Below are positions 24,615 through 37,200 of a DNA stretch of 64,000 nt, piece after piece. The notes under the pieces were generated by a model that was not told the DNA's origin, did no database searches, and saw nothing but the letters and a program-made list of their open reading frames with translations. The stretch comes from Amphiscolops sp. MND2022 (lineage: Eukaryota). The position numbers and the translations under genes were made by a program. The stretch lies in assembly GCA_964187785.1 (NCBI GenBank), contig OZ076414.1:62001-126000 (forward strand), in the 5' to 3' direction. Position 1 is the first letter of the stretch. Every line of letters starts with the position of its first letter.

Positions 24615-27600
24615 ATGAGTTATTGCAATGAGGAGATAATTCTGAAAAAACACCTAATCAATTTGCCAGAAGGCCTGTATGTTGATTTATCGTTATTCGA
24701 CTACTTAGCAGAAGAAACAATAAATGACAAGCAAAGGAAAGTGAAACCAGCAATCACTTGTCTCTTGAATGGCACAAACGTTCAATTCACCGATGTTTTC
24801 ATCAGTGCAACGCGCAATGAGACAGGTAGACGAGCAAAATACAATGCTGTGGTATTCAAAATTGCACTCTTGCTTGTCTTTAAAGGATTCACTGGCCTAT
24901 CGTGGACAGATCGTCTCCGACGCTTTGTTGCACACTTCTTCGGCCCAGAATTCATTCCAGACGGAAAGCCAGTAGAAAACAACTCGGAAATTAGCAAATT
25001 CTTACGGAAACTGGAGAATCGAGAACCACCAATAGCAAAAAATTCGGATTTACACGAGCCCGCTTTTTGTACTAGTAGCAATCATTTCTGGAGTGATGTG
25101 TTGAATCAAATGAACAATCGAGATTTGGAAATTGGGACTTTGATTCAACATTTGAAAAATAAAGCCTATATTGCTACCGAAAAAAACTTGTACAACGGCC
25201 TAATTATTTGAAACAAATCATGAAAGCACTGTTCCCTTCGAGATACACCCATCAATTCATGGAGCATTTGTATTTGATCAAGAAAACTGGTAATGTTGTT
25301 GATTTGGTCGGTTATCTCAAGACTTTATTTGACTTACAGGGCATAAGAAATGATCAGTTAGTTCCCAGTGTTACAACATTAAACAAATTGTCAAATCCTC
25401 TACATTGCTTTTATTACAACATATTCCAACCGGAGAAGACCTACTCAGGTTTTAGAGCCGATTTGATTACCTTAGTGAGAACCTCTCACTACCTTCTGAC
25501 GGGAATTGAATCGTTAGAAGGTGTTGCAGTTGATCTTTGGGGTGACGGGGTTGAAATTGGGAACTCGGAGTGTACGAGAATGGTTTTCCGATTTCTTGAT
25601 ACAAAAGGGAAAATCAGTCCACAATCTTCAGATGCATGTTTCACATTTGCTTGCTTCAAAGGTTTGTGCAAAAGTGATTGAACGTTGTTAGGAAAAATGA
25701 ATACTTTCTATTCAACTAAAGTGTTCAAGAAAATCAATGGTTTAAACTAAGCAAAGATGTTAAACTGAAAACGAGTTGCGTAGCAATATTAACAAACTAT
25801 AATGGAATGTTTTCAAGCGCTTTTAATGTAGTGGATAAATCTATTGTCTATCTCAAGTTTTTACATATGTGAATACAGTTGTGAACAACATTTGTTGTTT
25901 TAAACGAGTCCTTTTCGTTTTTCAAACGAACTGTAGAACCGCAGTCGATGCTTTATATTCAACTAAACTGATTCGAAAACTGTTGATATATTTTGAATAT
26001 GAAAAAGATCTATAGATTCGTTTGAATTATGTGAGTTAATTGACCATACACTTGCGAAGGAAATTGTGCATTAAACGGTAAAAAATTGGAAAAACGGAAA
26101 TAAGTCCCGAATTAGCTCGAAATCAGCTGTTTGTAACTTTCTCAAATTTTGTCCCGGAAAATCTTTTAAAAAATATCAAGAAACTTTTCTCACATTAATC
26201 TCATTGGTTTACCAGCCTCAATAAAGAAGTAAATACTTGCATTAATATAAGCAATTCGCTAGAACTTTTCTTCAAAAACATGCTATATCAAATATTTTTG
26301 TACCAAAGATGCAGATACGAGACTGTTTTGCACATGTTTGCAGGTCATGATAGCAGATTTGCAATGGAACAAAACCTCGGCCCAACACAAGTTGGAGTTC
26401 AAAAGAGTGGATGGCTTTACCAGCAGACACAGACGCTGGTCGAGGACTACAAAGTGAAACTGACGTTGTCCGGCGATCAGCCATTTGTAATGCGATTGGT
26501 TAATGGTGACAACGTTGAAGACGACTCCAAATGCGCAATCTATGTTGGCAAAAAGTCGTCAATTGGTTTTGACGTTAAAGATGGAAAGAAAGTTTTCCAA
26601 CCTTTTTTGTCAACGACAGTTGATCCCAAAACGAAGAAACGGGCAACGCTGAATATACCCTGGCAGGTGTTACCGTCAACTTCCCTGGTTTATCTTGACG
26701 ACATCCGAAGAGTTTGCGTTGACACTTGCCATGGTATCACAAGAATGGTTGAGAATGACTTGCAAAAGTTTTGCAATCTACTAATTGAGACCCGCGGGAA
26801 AACAATTTACACCGTTTTGAACCTATTCGAATCCAATTTAACCGAGAGAGGAGTGAAGGAGCCCAGGTTCAGATTTAATATCAATACAAGCAAAAACGGA
26901 CCAACTAGTTGCAATTCTGTGTCTTTAAGTGGAAAAGAAGCCCTGCTCGCGATTGCTCATCGGGACGAATTTGGAAGCGACAGTGGAATACAAAGCAACC
27001 TTTTTGATAATGTCTTCAAAGAAAACGAGTACTTAGTGGGCCATCCGGCTAACCTAGAAACTCTTAAACTGTGTCACAAAACACTTTTCAAGCATGAAGT
27101 ATTACTTGAAGACAAAACAAAACGGTATTTGATGTCAAAGTACGATGCCGCAGAGCTATGGCGGCAATCCTTGAACAATATGAACATTATTCTCAGAGGT
27201 TCGAAAAACGGTTTCCCTCAAAAACTCATTGATGAATACAATTTCTGGGCGGAGACATATTATCATATCTCAATGGCTTTCTTTGGCGAAGTTACGCCAT
27301 ATAAAGTGAAAATCCTTCTTGTTCCCAAATTGGTCGAATCGGGTTGTATTCGGTCACCTTGGGACCACTTAACCGAAGCAATGGAGCACTCGAATCATCG
27401 AGCACATCAATTCTACCATCAAAAGACAATGCGCGGGGGAGGTAAACTACTTCACGTTGATCCCATGCTTCAAGATCTGGTTTTGTCGTTTTTTCGATGT
27501 TATATCCACAGCAAGCAACAAATCGCTTTTGAAGAGTGTATGATGCAGCTCCGCAGTATCTTCCGGCCAATTCCAACTTTCCACATAGATTACCTATGGA

Positions 27601-28253
27601 TATGTAGGAAAACAATTAAAGCGAGGACTATTCAAATCGATACACCTTGCGAGAAAGATTCGATTTTTCTAGGCCTACGTTTCACCGTATTTGGAGATTT
27701 TCGAAAAGCTAACCTAACGCAGGTTCAAGTGAACAAGATGATTCTCGAATGTGGCGGCCTGGTAATGACCCAAGATGCCCTGAAAACACTGACTGAAAAG
27801 CACTCCCATCTACCGTTTTGCTATGTTTTAGTACAAAATGAAACAGATCTTAGAATAGCAACTGGAGAACCAGGGGTTGGCCGACCAATGGAGAAACGTG
27901 AAAAAATTGTCGAAAAAAAGGAAAGAGCTTTAAAGTTAAGATGTTATGTACAATCGGGAGTTGTTTTTTTGAACGTAAAGTTTGTTGTTGATTGCTTGAA
28001 CAAACGTACTTTGCTTGATCCAGCTAACTATGAAATAAAACCAGGAAATGACATACCAATAGTGCCCATTCGTGACATGAAGCCCTTGTTCAAACGACAA
28101 TGCGAGGCCAAAGAAATAATTGAAGGAGTTACCAAAGGCCCGTTTGTCCTTATCAAAGAATTTCGGAAGCAAAACTACTCAAACCTCACACAAGACATCG
28201 AGAAGATATTTGGCAAAAGACATACAAAAAAAGATGAGACGTCATCGTTTTGA
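24615..28253 (+). CDS. DDE transposase (CMC/Transib/RAG1-like) with C-terminal BRCT domain (element A)
   Basis: Motifs DLWGDG (Asp codon 25544), SGDQPF (26475), VDTCH (26721), TEAMEHSN (27375-27386); BRCT-like IFLGLRFTVFG...ILECGGLV...FLNVKFVVDCL. Intron 25662-26343. One -1 frameshift near the A7 run at 25180-25186. Confidence 0.88.
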
Positions 28254-28481
28254 ACTTTACATCCTAATTTCGTTATTAATGCTGGTTTTAAATGTTGTTC
28301 CCTTTGTGACGTTGTATTTCTATAATGTACCCTAGTCTTAAATAATCGAAAAAAAATCTGCACACAAAAGATTGTTTTCAAACAGAAGTGACTGGTGCAA
28401 AGGGCTCAAAGCAACAAGTTCTAATTAAATCTAAATCTTACTGGTACAAGAAATCTCACAGGAAATATGTTTTCCGAGGCA

Positions 28482-29848
28482 AAGTCGATGCACACATTAG
28501 TCTCGATTACTGTTTAGGAGAGTCGATGCACATATTAGTCTCGATTACTATTTAAGAAAGTCGATGGACACATTAGTCCTAATACTGTTTAAGAAAGTCG
28601 ATGCACACATTAGTCTCGATTACTGTTTAAGAAAGTCGATGCACATATTAGTCCTACTACTGTTTAAGTAAGTCGATGCACTCATTAGTCTCCAATACTG
28701 TTTAAGAAAGTCGATGCACACATTAGTCTCGATTACTGTTTAGGAGAGTCGATGCACATATTAGTCTCGATTCCTATTTAAGAAAGTCGATGGACACATT
28801 AGTCCTAATACTGTTTAAGAAAGTCGATGCACTCATTAGTCTCCAACACTGTTTAAGAAACTCGATGCACACATTAATCTTAAGACTGTTTAAGAAAGTC
28901 GATGGACACATTAGTCTCGAATAGTGGTTAAGAAAGCCGATGCACTCATTAGTCTCCAATACTGTTTAAGAAAGTCGATGCACATATTAGTCCTACTACT
29001 GTTTAAGAAAGTCGATGCACTCATTAGTCTCCAATACTGTTTAAGAAAGTCGATGCACACATTAGTCTCGATTACTGTTTAGGAGAGTCGATGCACATAT
29101 TAGTCTCGATTCCTATTTAAGAAAGTCGATGGACACATTAGTCCTAATACTGTTTAAGAAAGTCGATGCACTCATTAGTCTCCAACACTGTTTAAGAAAC
29201 TCGATGCACACATTAATCTTAAGACTGTTTAAGAAAGTCGATGGACACATTAGTCTCGAATAGTGGTTAAGAAAGCCGATGCACTCATTAGTCTCCAATA
29301 CTGTTTAAGAAAGTCGATGCACACATTAGTCTCGATTACTGTTTAAGAAAGTCGATGCACATATTAGTCCTACTACTGTTTAAGAAAGTCGATGCACTCA
29401 TTAGTCTCCAATACTGTTTAAGAAAGTCGATGCACACATTAGTCTCGATTACTGTTTAAGAAAGTCGATGCACATATTAGTCCTACTACTGTTTAAGAAA
29501 GTCGATGCACTCATTAGTCTCCAATACTGTTTAAGAAAGTCGATGCACACATTAGTCTCGATTACTGTTTAGGAGAGTCGATGCACATATTAGTCTCGAT
29601 TACTATTTAAGAAAGTCGATGGACACATTAGTCCTAATACTGTTTAAGAAAGTCGATGCACTCATTAGTCTCCAACACTGTTTAAGAAACTCGATGCACA
29701 CATTAATCTTAAGACTGTTTAAGAAAGTCGATGGACACATTAGTCTCGAATAGTGGTTAAGAAAGTCGATGCACATATTAGTCTCGATTACTGTTTAAGA
29801 GAGTCGATGCACATATTAGTCTCGAATACTTTTTAAAAAAGTCGATGG
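28482..29848 (+). repeat. Minisatellite array 1, 37-38-bp unit AGTCGATGCACACATTAGTCTCGATTACTGTTTAAGAA, ~36 units
   Basis: Direct reading; identical block at 339-bp offset (28774-28959 = 29113-29298). Confidence 0.97.
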
Positions 29849-30024
29849 AGTTCAACCTTAAATCTTACTGGTACAAATTTCAACAAAAACAAAGATTGTT
29901 TTCAAACAGAATTAACCTGTGCAAAGGTCGCAAAGTAACAAGTTCTAATGAAATCTAAATCTTACTGGTATATGTTTCAACAAAAACAAAGAACTATTTC
30001 TTCTTTTTCAAATAAACCCCTGGT

Positions 30025-33000
30025 TTAGAAGCCACACATGGTGTTCATGTATTCGATTATCTCCGGGAGTTTGGGGTACTGCGGTATATCTGTATTGTAT
30101 TTCGCGACTTCACTCAAACTTGCACGGAACGATCTTCGGATCCCGTTACGCATGGAATTGGGTAGCATTGAGGAATAGCCTTCATGTATAGTCCAAATTT
30201 GCCAAAATATTTCTCCTTCTTCGTTAATGGGGTGTGGGGATGCTTGCTTGTTAAATTTCGCTTGTTTGCATCGACGGACAAACTCAGATACCATGGCAGC
30301 AGACAGGTGACAAAAATGGGGAAAACATTTGCAATATCTGACCTTCCTGATCCTCTCCTTCATGAATTCATTGAGTGCTGCAGCTGGAAAGAAAACTTTT
30401 TTAAATATTCATTGAACATTAAGTAATAAAAGAAAAATAATCAATACTGTCTTATGATCATAAGTTTGGAGCCACCTTTTTCAAAATTTTATTCAAACTT
30501 TTGCCAACATGAGATACTAACGGTATTCCTGAAAAGTCAAGAAGTTTGTCCCTACAGCCACACTGTTCGCTATTGTGGACACGAAGTGGAGCGTTCCTGC
30601 TGGGATTAAAACGCCCTGTCCGGCTTTCAAAGTGATTCTGTAGGCCTGAAGATCTCTTCTGCCTCCGAAGAACCTATTAACGGATGTCGTTGTCCTAGAT
30701 GACTGAAAGCTGGCCAGTCCTTCACCAAGCTTGCCGGTCTCGTTCACAAAAACGAACTCTTTTTCTCCGGCAAGGAGGACGTAGAACACAGAGGTTCCAC
30801 TGAAGTCCACGTGCCAGTCAGCGAAACACCCAGCTTGACTGAGGATGACGTAGTTTAGCTTCCAGACGCTGCTCTTATCTCTTGGGAGTCTCATTTGCAA
30901 TTTGTGTCCCAAGGAGATTTCTTTCACAAAGTTCGCAGGCTCGAACTGCAGACTGTTGCTTGTTGTTGCGTTCAGATCAATGATGTTCATTGGTCTGGAG
31001 AGATCGAACTTGAGGAAATAGGTTTTCAGAGGCATGGTCTCAATTTCGAACTCGTGCTGAAAAATTAACAAAGATGTAATAGTGAAATATAACTCTAACA
31101 AAAAAGGCTGGAGAATTATTGCCGATGATATTTCATCCTACATTGACTTGGAAACTTGTTGACAGTGATAATTCACGCTCAGTGTCTAAAGTGTATAAGG
31201 TTTTCTTATAGGCCAAAGTGCTTTGAAGAATGTGAATTACTGATACATTTTTCTCTATTTATACATGATAAATGTATCAAGTTTCTTTAGATGTGTCATT
31301 TTTCAGGATTTCTAATCAACCGCTACGTTGGTTAGGCATTCATTTGAGAAAATAATCAAAAGTTTCTTACTCCCTTTAGCCAACTGCAGTTTACTGTCAT
31401 TTTTGGATCTTCTTTCGCTAATACTGCTCTGAATAAACGTTCATCGGTAAGTTTGAGGTCTCCAGCTGCAAATTTGTGTGAGAAGCCCTTCAGTCTGAGA
31501 GCATCAACTATCAACATCGGCTTCTTCACAATTCCTTTTAGAGCCGTTTTCAAAAGCGCTGAGTTTTGATCAAAGAATTCGGCTTTGTATTGCAAGTAGT
31601 CTATGCCCTCTTTGCCCATCGGCAACCATTCCACCAGTTGGCGCAGTTCTGTGGCGTCGCTAAACGTTGGGTAGCCATCAGGGTCAATTGAATTGATCGC
31701 TGAAAACACACGAAATCAAAAGATAGGACACTACAAGAAATCAACTTTTCAATTGCCAATGTTTAATATTCAGTTGTTTAGGAAAATAAAGGCTTACATT
31801 TTTTAAAAATAATTGCCTATAAAATGTCCTTAAATGTTTATAGATTTTTTAAAAAACCACGTACGATCATAGCTGCAAGAAGATTGTGTTGGAAGAGTTC
31901 GTCTCGGGGTCGGCGATTTTCTTGGATTCCGCTTTTTTGCAGGAGTAATGGGCCCGCCGGTAGGAGGAACGGCACCTTAGCACAAAAACAAATGTCAACA
32001 CAGACTATCATTTCCAAAACAAAAATTTTAGGAAATATTTAAAATACCTAGTACATTTCCCCGGATATAAAGTGGAAAAATAATACGTACGTTTCTTTGG
32101 AGTCAGGGATTTTCGTGGACTCCGCTTCCTTGCTTTAGCCTTCTGAAAGAGGGGAGGTAGAGGAGGAAAGAGTGTAGGACGAGAAGACGGAGCAAGAGGA
32201 GGACCAGGTGTACGAAAAAGAGAGTCCAAACGAGACGGAGCAGGTGTAGGAGGGGGAGACGCCATAGAAGAAGAAGCACCAGGTGTAGGAGGAGGAGGAG
32301 GAGGAGGAGGAGGAGACGCCATACGAGAAGGACCAGGTGTTGGAGGCGGAGAATCCATACGAGAAGGACCAGGTGTAGGAGGAGGAGAAGCAGTACGAAG
32401 AAGATTAGTGGCCGTTAGCGGGGCTGAAAACAATTTTGATAAGAAAGGCAGTAAAAATCTTATTCAATTCAACATCAATAAGACTTCAAAAAACTAACAA
32501 ATCTAATAACTTTATTTTATATCCCTAATATTTTGAAGCTGAATAATAAATCCCATTTCAAACTAAATGTAAAAATTCAAAATTAAAGGTAAAAAGGTTT
32601 CTCGATTTTTGTTCATGCTGTACGCCAAAACTTGTTCTGGAAACTAAAAAAAAGCGAACAAGCACAAAAATTGAAACCAATCTTATGTTCATTTGAAGTC
32701 TCTTGCAAATAAACAAGCTCTTCTTTTCAAATCCGGAAAAGAATTTAGAACCTCCCAATTCAATTTGAAGGAAAAAAATTTCAGGTTTTTCTGTTTCTCT
32801 TTCATGCCGTATTCCAATAATTGTTCAGTAAAATCTAAAAAAAACGGACAAGCTAAACTTATTATCATTTGAAGTCTCCTGCAAGTAATCAAGCTATTTT
32901 TTGCTTAACTGAACTTAGAGTTGTTCTATTCATTGGTACTCTTATTGTTACAACATTTTTTGAAGTTTCATTTTTTTGTTTTTTGAAAACGTTTTCCCAA

Positions 33001-34440
33001 AAGACTCTTTCAAAGCATTAGCAATAAAAGTTTTGGTTTACCGCAATTATCTTTTGTTGAAGCTTCCCCAAAGGGACCGCATATGCTGGGATTCGCGGAC
33101 GTTCTTGTCATTTTTGTAGTCGTCATACTTGTTGTCGTTATCGGGGCTAAAAACATTTTCAAGAAAAGCATTAAATCATAATCAATACAACTTCTTTCGA
33201 ATTTCGAAAAACTAACACAATGTTGCCTTTCTCTTCTGGGGCGATGTTAGTTTCGTTGTTGTTTTTGAGGCTGAAAAAACATAAATCAAGCAAAACGTTG
33301 AAAACACTAATCAAATCATCATCAGTGAAACTTCGAAATACTAACAAGAGGTTGCTCTTCTCTTTCGAAGCTTCGGCATTCTCATGGTCGTTATCAGCGC
33401 TGAAAACACTATTGTCAAGAAAAGCATCTAAAACCTAATCAAAACCACATCACTGAAGCATCGAATTACTAACAAGAAGTTGCTCTTCTTTTGCGAGGCG
33501 TTGTTGTTCCCGTGGTCGTTAACGAACCTGAAAACAATTACGTAAAAAACGCATTGAACATCTTAATAAGTTGAACATCAGATAACCATCGAAGTACTAA
33601 CAAGATATTGCTCTCCTTCTTCCGGGCTTTGGCATTCTCGTGGTCGTTGTTGCCGCTGAAGACACTACTAACAAGAAAAGCAGTGAAAGTCCTATTTAAT
33701 TTCACATGCAGTCGGGAATTGAACTGAAAAACTTATTCAACACTAACGAGTGCCAGACATTCTTCCTAACGGTGGAGTTGGATCCAGCTCCTTTACAGAA
33801 TGAGAGCCAGTGTAGTCTCTTGTAATTTGATAATTCGTTTTACCCGTGGACGACCGAGCGGCTACGTTGCTTCCATAGTCAGCCCAGCTGGCACCTGCTT
33901 TATGTCCTTTTTTGTAGTGGTCCACATTCAGAGGAAGGAATGCCTCTTTCCTCATTAGAGTGTATTTGAAAACTTGTTTTTCATGCGTCAGCGCTTGGAC
34001 AACTTCTCGAGTTGCTGCCAAGTACTCATCAGCATAAGAGTCTGGGTCTTTGAAATCCCTTTCCTGAAAATCCTTGTACGTCTTGTTCATAATCGCCTGT
34101 GGATTCGAATCTTCGATTTGCTTTCGCTGCCATTTGCAGTCGTAGTTTAAAGCATGCTGAGCAGTTGCCGCGGGACAGGTAAACTCGAAAAATTTCATTT
34201 CACCATCTTTGTCCCTCTTGGCAGTGCCTTTCATGCCACAAAACATGCATGTTTTCCATTTGTTTTTCGTTATCAAATCTTCAGCTGCTTTCAAAACGCA
34301 ATGTGACACATTACCCCGGCGTCTGTGCTGCTTCAGGGTCTTGGCGTTTTTGAAACTCTCTCCACAATCTAAAAGCATCAACAATCGATTCATAAAATAC
34401 CTCACATGCGGCCCATCAAGAAGTCGTTGAAAAAAAATTG
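30025..34440 (-). CDS. Multi-exon JmjC histone-demethylase-like protein, KDM2/KDM7 type (element A)
   Basis: FADWHVDFSGTSVFYVLLAGEKEF...LIPAGTLHFVSTIANSVAVGTNFL has the H-x-D...H triad and conserved Lys. Exons inferred at ~34370-33748, five micro-exons, a Pro-rich exon ~32424-32090, ~31975-31865, ~31700-31370, ~31060-30523, ~30382-30025. 5' end unresolved. Confidence 0.85.
32560..32900 (-). repeat. Diverged inverted copies of the 184-bp repeat
   Basis: Reverse complement contains AAATTGAATTGGGAGGTTCTAAAT and GCAAGAGACTT...ATTTTTGTGCTT, matching the 34.6-35.3 kb units. Confidence 0.75.
33042..33655 (-). other. Tandem micro-exon array in the JmjC gene: four 54-nt exons and one 105-nt exon
   Basis: Exons 33602-33655, 33474-33527, 33346-33399, 33217-33270, each with a ..TTCAG acceptor and GTTAGT donor at ~128-bp period, plus 33042-33146. 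All are phase 1-1 and free of stops. Confidence 0.8.
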
Positions 34441-34554
34441 AATAATTGCCAATAATGGATTTGTTTCCCCACAAGAGACTAAAACTAAAGAATAAAAATT
34501 TATTGGATGCAAAATGGGAGGTCCAAATTACACCAGATTGGGTGTTCAAAACAA

Positions 34555-35300
34555 TGACAAGTACACATGCAGGAGGTTTCAATGAACAAATTTTGGCTTC
34601 GATTTTTGTTTTTTAATTTAATTTGAAATGGGAGGTTCTAAATACATCTAGGGATTCAAAAAATTGACATGCACACATGCAGGAGACTTTCACAGAACTT
34701 TATTTTGTCTTCGATTTTTGTGCTTTTCCGTAAAAAACTGTTTTGGCCACTTATTGATGTACGTCATAGAGAAAAACTGAAACACTGGGAGAATTTTTTA
34801 TTAAATCTGAAATGGGAGGTTCTAAATACATCTAGGGATTCAAAAAATTGACATGCACACATGCAGGAGACTTTCACAGAACTTTATTTTGTCTTCGATT
34901 TTTGTGCTTTTCCGTAAAAAACTGTTTTGGCCACTTATTAATGTACGTCATGGAGAAAAACTGAAACACTGGGAAAATTTTTTATTAAATCTGAAATGGG
35001 AGGTTCTAAATACATCTAGGGATTCAAAAAATTGACATGCACACATGCAGGAGACTTTCACAGAACTTTATTTTGTCTTCGATTTTTGTGCTTTTCCGTA
35101 AAAGCTTTTTTTTGGCCAGATATTGATGTACGTCATAGAGAAAAACTGAAACACTGGGAAAAATTTTTTATTAAATCTGAAATGGGAGGTTCTAAATTCA
35201 TCAAAGGATTCCAAAAATTGACATGTACACATGCCGGAGGCTTCATCGGAACATTATTTTGGCTTCGATTTTTGTGCTCTCCCGTATAAAACTTTTTTGG
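34555..35300 (+). repeat. 184-bp tandem repeat, ~3.5-4 copies
   Basis: Near-identical ORFs at 34669 and 34853 (offset 184); further copies at ~35030 and ~35216. Confidence 0.93.
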
Positions 35301-36260
35301 CCAGTTATTGGGGTATTGAATCTGTGGGTGGGGTTGTAACTAACAGAAAAGATCCAAAACTTCATGAAATAATTGTAGTATAAAAATTGTGGATATAAAG
35401 ATACAAGACTGAATAAGATTGAACCAAAAAATAGAAATTCTGTTAAAAGGGTTTGTTTACATTGTCGAAAAATTGTTATATTATTCAAGGTTTCTCGTTA
35501 CAACAGAAAAAATAGAAGGATCCAAGCTTTTGCGATAAGCAATAATTACATGCAAATTTGTGCTGAAAAGGCAGATTAGTTAGTTATACGCCTATTTGGT
35601 AAATAGACTCTGATTATCTCTAGGCGTGAAATAGACATAACTCAGTTCGTTGCACTATATTTCCTTGTAATATATAACTCAATTCATCGTAAAAAGATGT
35701 ACCATCTTTTCATCGTAGACTATTGCTTGATAGGTCATCTTTTACAAAGCCCTATACATATATATTGCAAAATTGCAGAGTTGTTTAACTTACCATCGCA
35801 TACAGGCATTATTAGTTAGGATACAGGATACAGCATACAGAATACATTGATACAGAATACAGGATTAGTTAGCTAAAGCCGAGAAGTAACAGATCAACAG
35901 GTTAAACAAGTTGATGTGCGAAGTAAAGTGAGATGATGCTTGTTTAAATTTTTGAAATTAATGAATGAAGGCAGCTGAATTTGAAACAATGAAATGTCAA
36001 TGTAAAATAAATCAGACGCACGCTCAATTTTGAAAAAAGTTCAAGTAAATTGAAGCCATTTCTTTAAAATAGTCGATGCCTTTTCTTAGCGGTCAGAAGA
36101 TCTCAGCATTTCAACCAATCAAATTTCAGCACTGTCGTTACTTGTGGTATTTTCAATGACAGTTGAATGCGCATTGCAAACTTTGGTAGGATCAATTGTG
36201 TTCTGTCGAGTACTGTTGAACAAAATTGATGCCTGTTCTACACTTTACACAATCATCTGG

Positions 36261-37200
36261 AATACTGTTTAAGGAAATCGATGCACACATTACTGTCGAA
36301 TACCGTTTAAGTAATTCAATGCACACATTAGTCTCGATTACTGTTTAAGAGAGTCGATGCACATATTAGTCTCGATTCCTATTTAGGAAAGTCGATGGAC
36401 ACATTAGTCTTAATACTGTTTAAGAATGTCGATGCACAAATTAGTCCTAATACTGTTTAAGAATGTCAATGCACACATTAGTCTCCAATACTGATTAAGA
36501 ATGTCGATGCGCACACATTAGTCCTAATACTGTTTAAGAAAGTCGATGCACACAAAAGTCTTATGACTGTTTAGGAAAGTCGATGCACACATTTGTCTTA
36601 AGACTGTTTAAGAAAGTCGATGCACACATTAGTCTTCAATACTGATTAAGAAAGTCGATGCACACATTAGTCTTAATACTGTTTGAGAAAGTCGATGCAC
36701 ACATTTGTCTCGATTACTATTTAAGAGAGTCGATGCACATATTAGTCTTCAATACTGTTTAGGAAAGTCGATGCACACATTAGTCTTAATACTGTTTACG
36801 AAAGTCGATGCACACATAAGTCTTACGACTGTTTAGGAAAGTCGATGCACACATAAGTCTTAAGACTGTTTAAGAAAGTCGATGCACACATAAGTCTTAA
36901 TACTGTTTAAGAAAGTCGATGCCCACATTAGTCTCGATTACTGTTTAAGGAAGTCGATGCACATATTAGTCTCGATTACGGTTTAGGAGAGTCGATGCAC
37001 ATATTAGTCTCGATTGCTATTTAAGGAAACCGATGCACACATTAGTTTTAATACTGTTTAAGAAATTCGATGCACTCATTAGTCTGCAATACTGTTCAAG
37101 GAAATCGATGCACACATAAGTCTCGACTACTGTTTAAGAGAGTCGATGCACATATTAGTCTCGATTACTATTTGAGAAAATCGATGGACACATAATTAGT
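36261..37200 (+). repeat. Minisatellite array 2, same 37-38-bp unit, ~25 more diverged units
   Basis: Same unit and same orientation as array 1. Confidence 0.95.

Noticed and set aside
24615-28253. Calling the transposases RAG1 or a V(D)J system
   Set aside because: Only catalytic-motif resemblance; no RAG2-like gene, no RSS heptamer/nonamer, and the TSD is 2 bp rather than 5 bp.
28774-29298. Two identical 61-aa ORFs (also the 60-aa ORFs at 34669 and 34853)
   Set aside because: Translation artefacts of tandem repeats.
28482-29848. Possible CRISPR array (also 36261-37200)
   Set aside because: Units are contiguous with no unique spacers, there are no cas genes, and the context is eukaryotic; it is a minisatellite.
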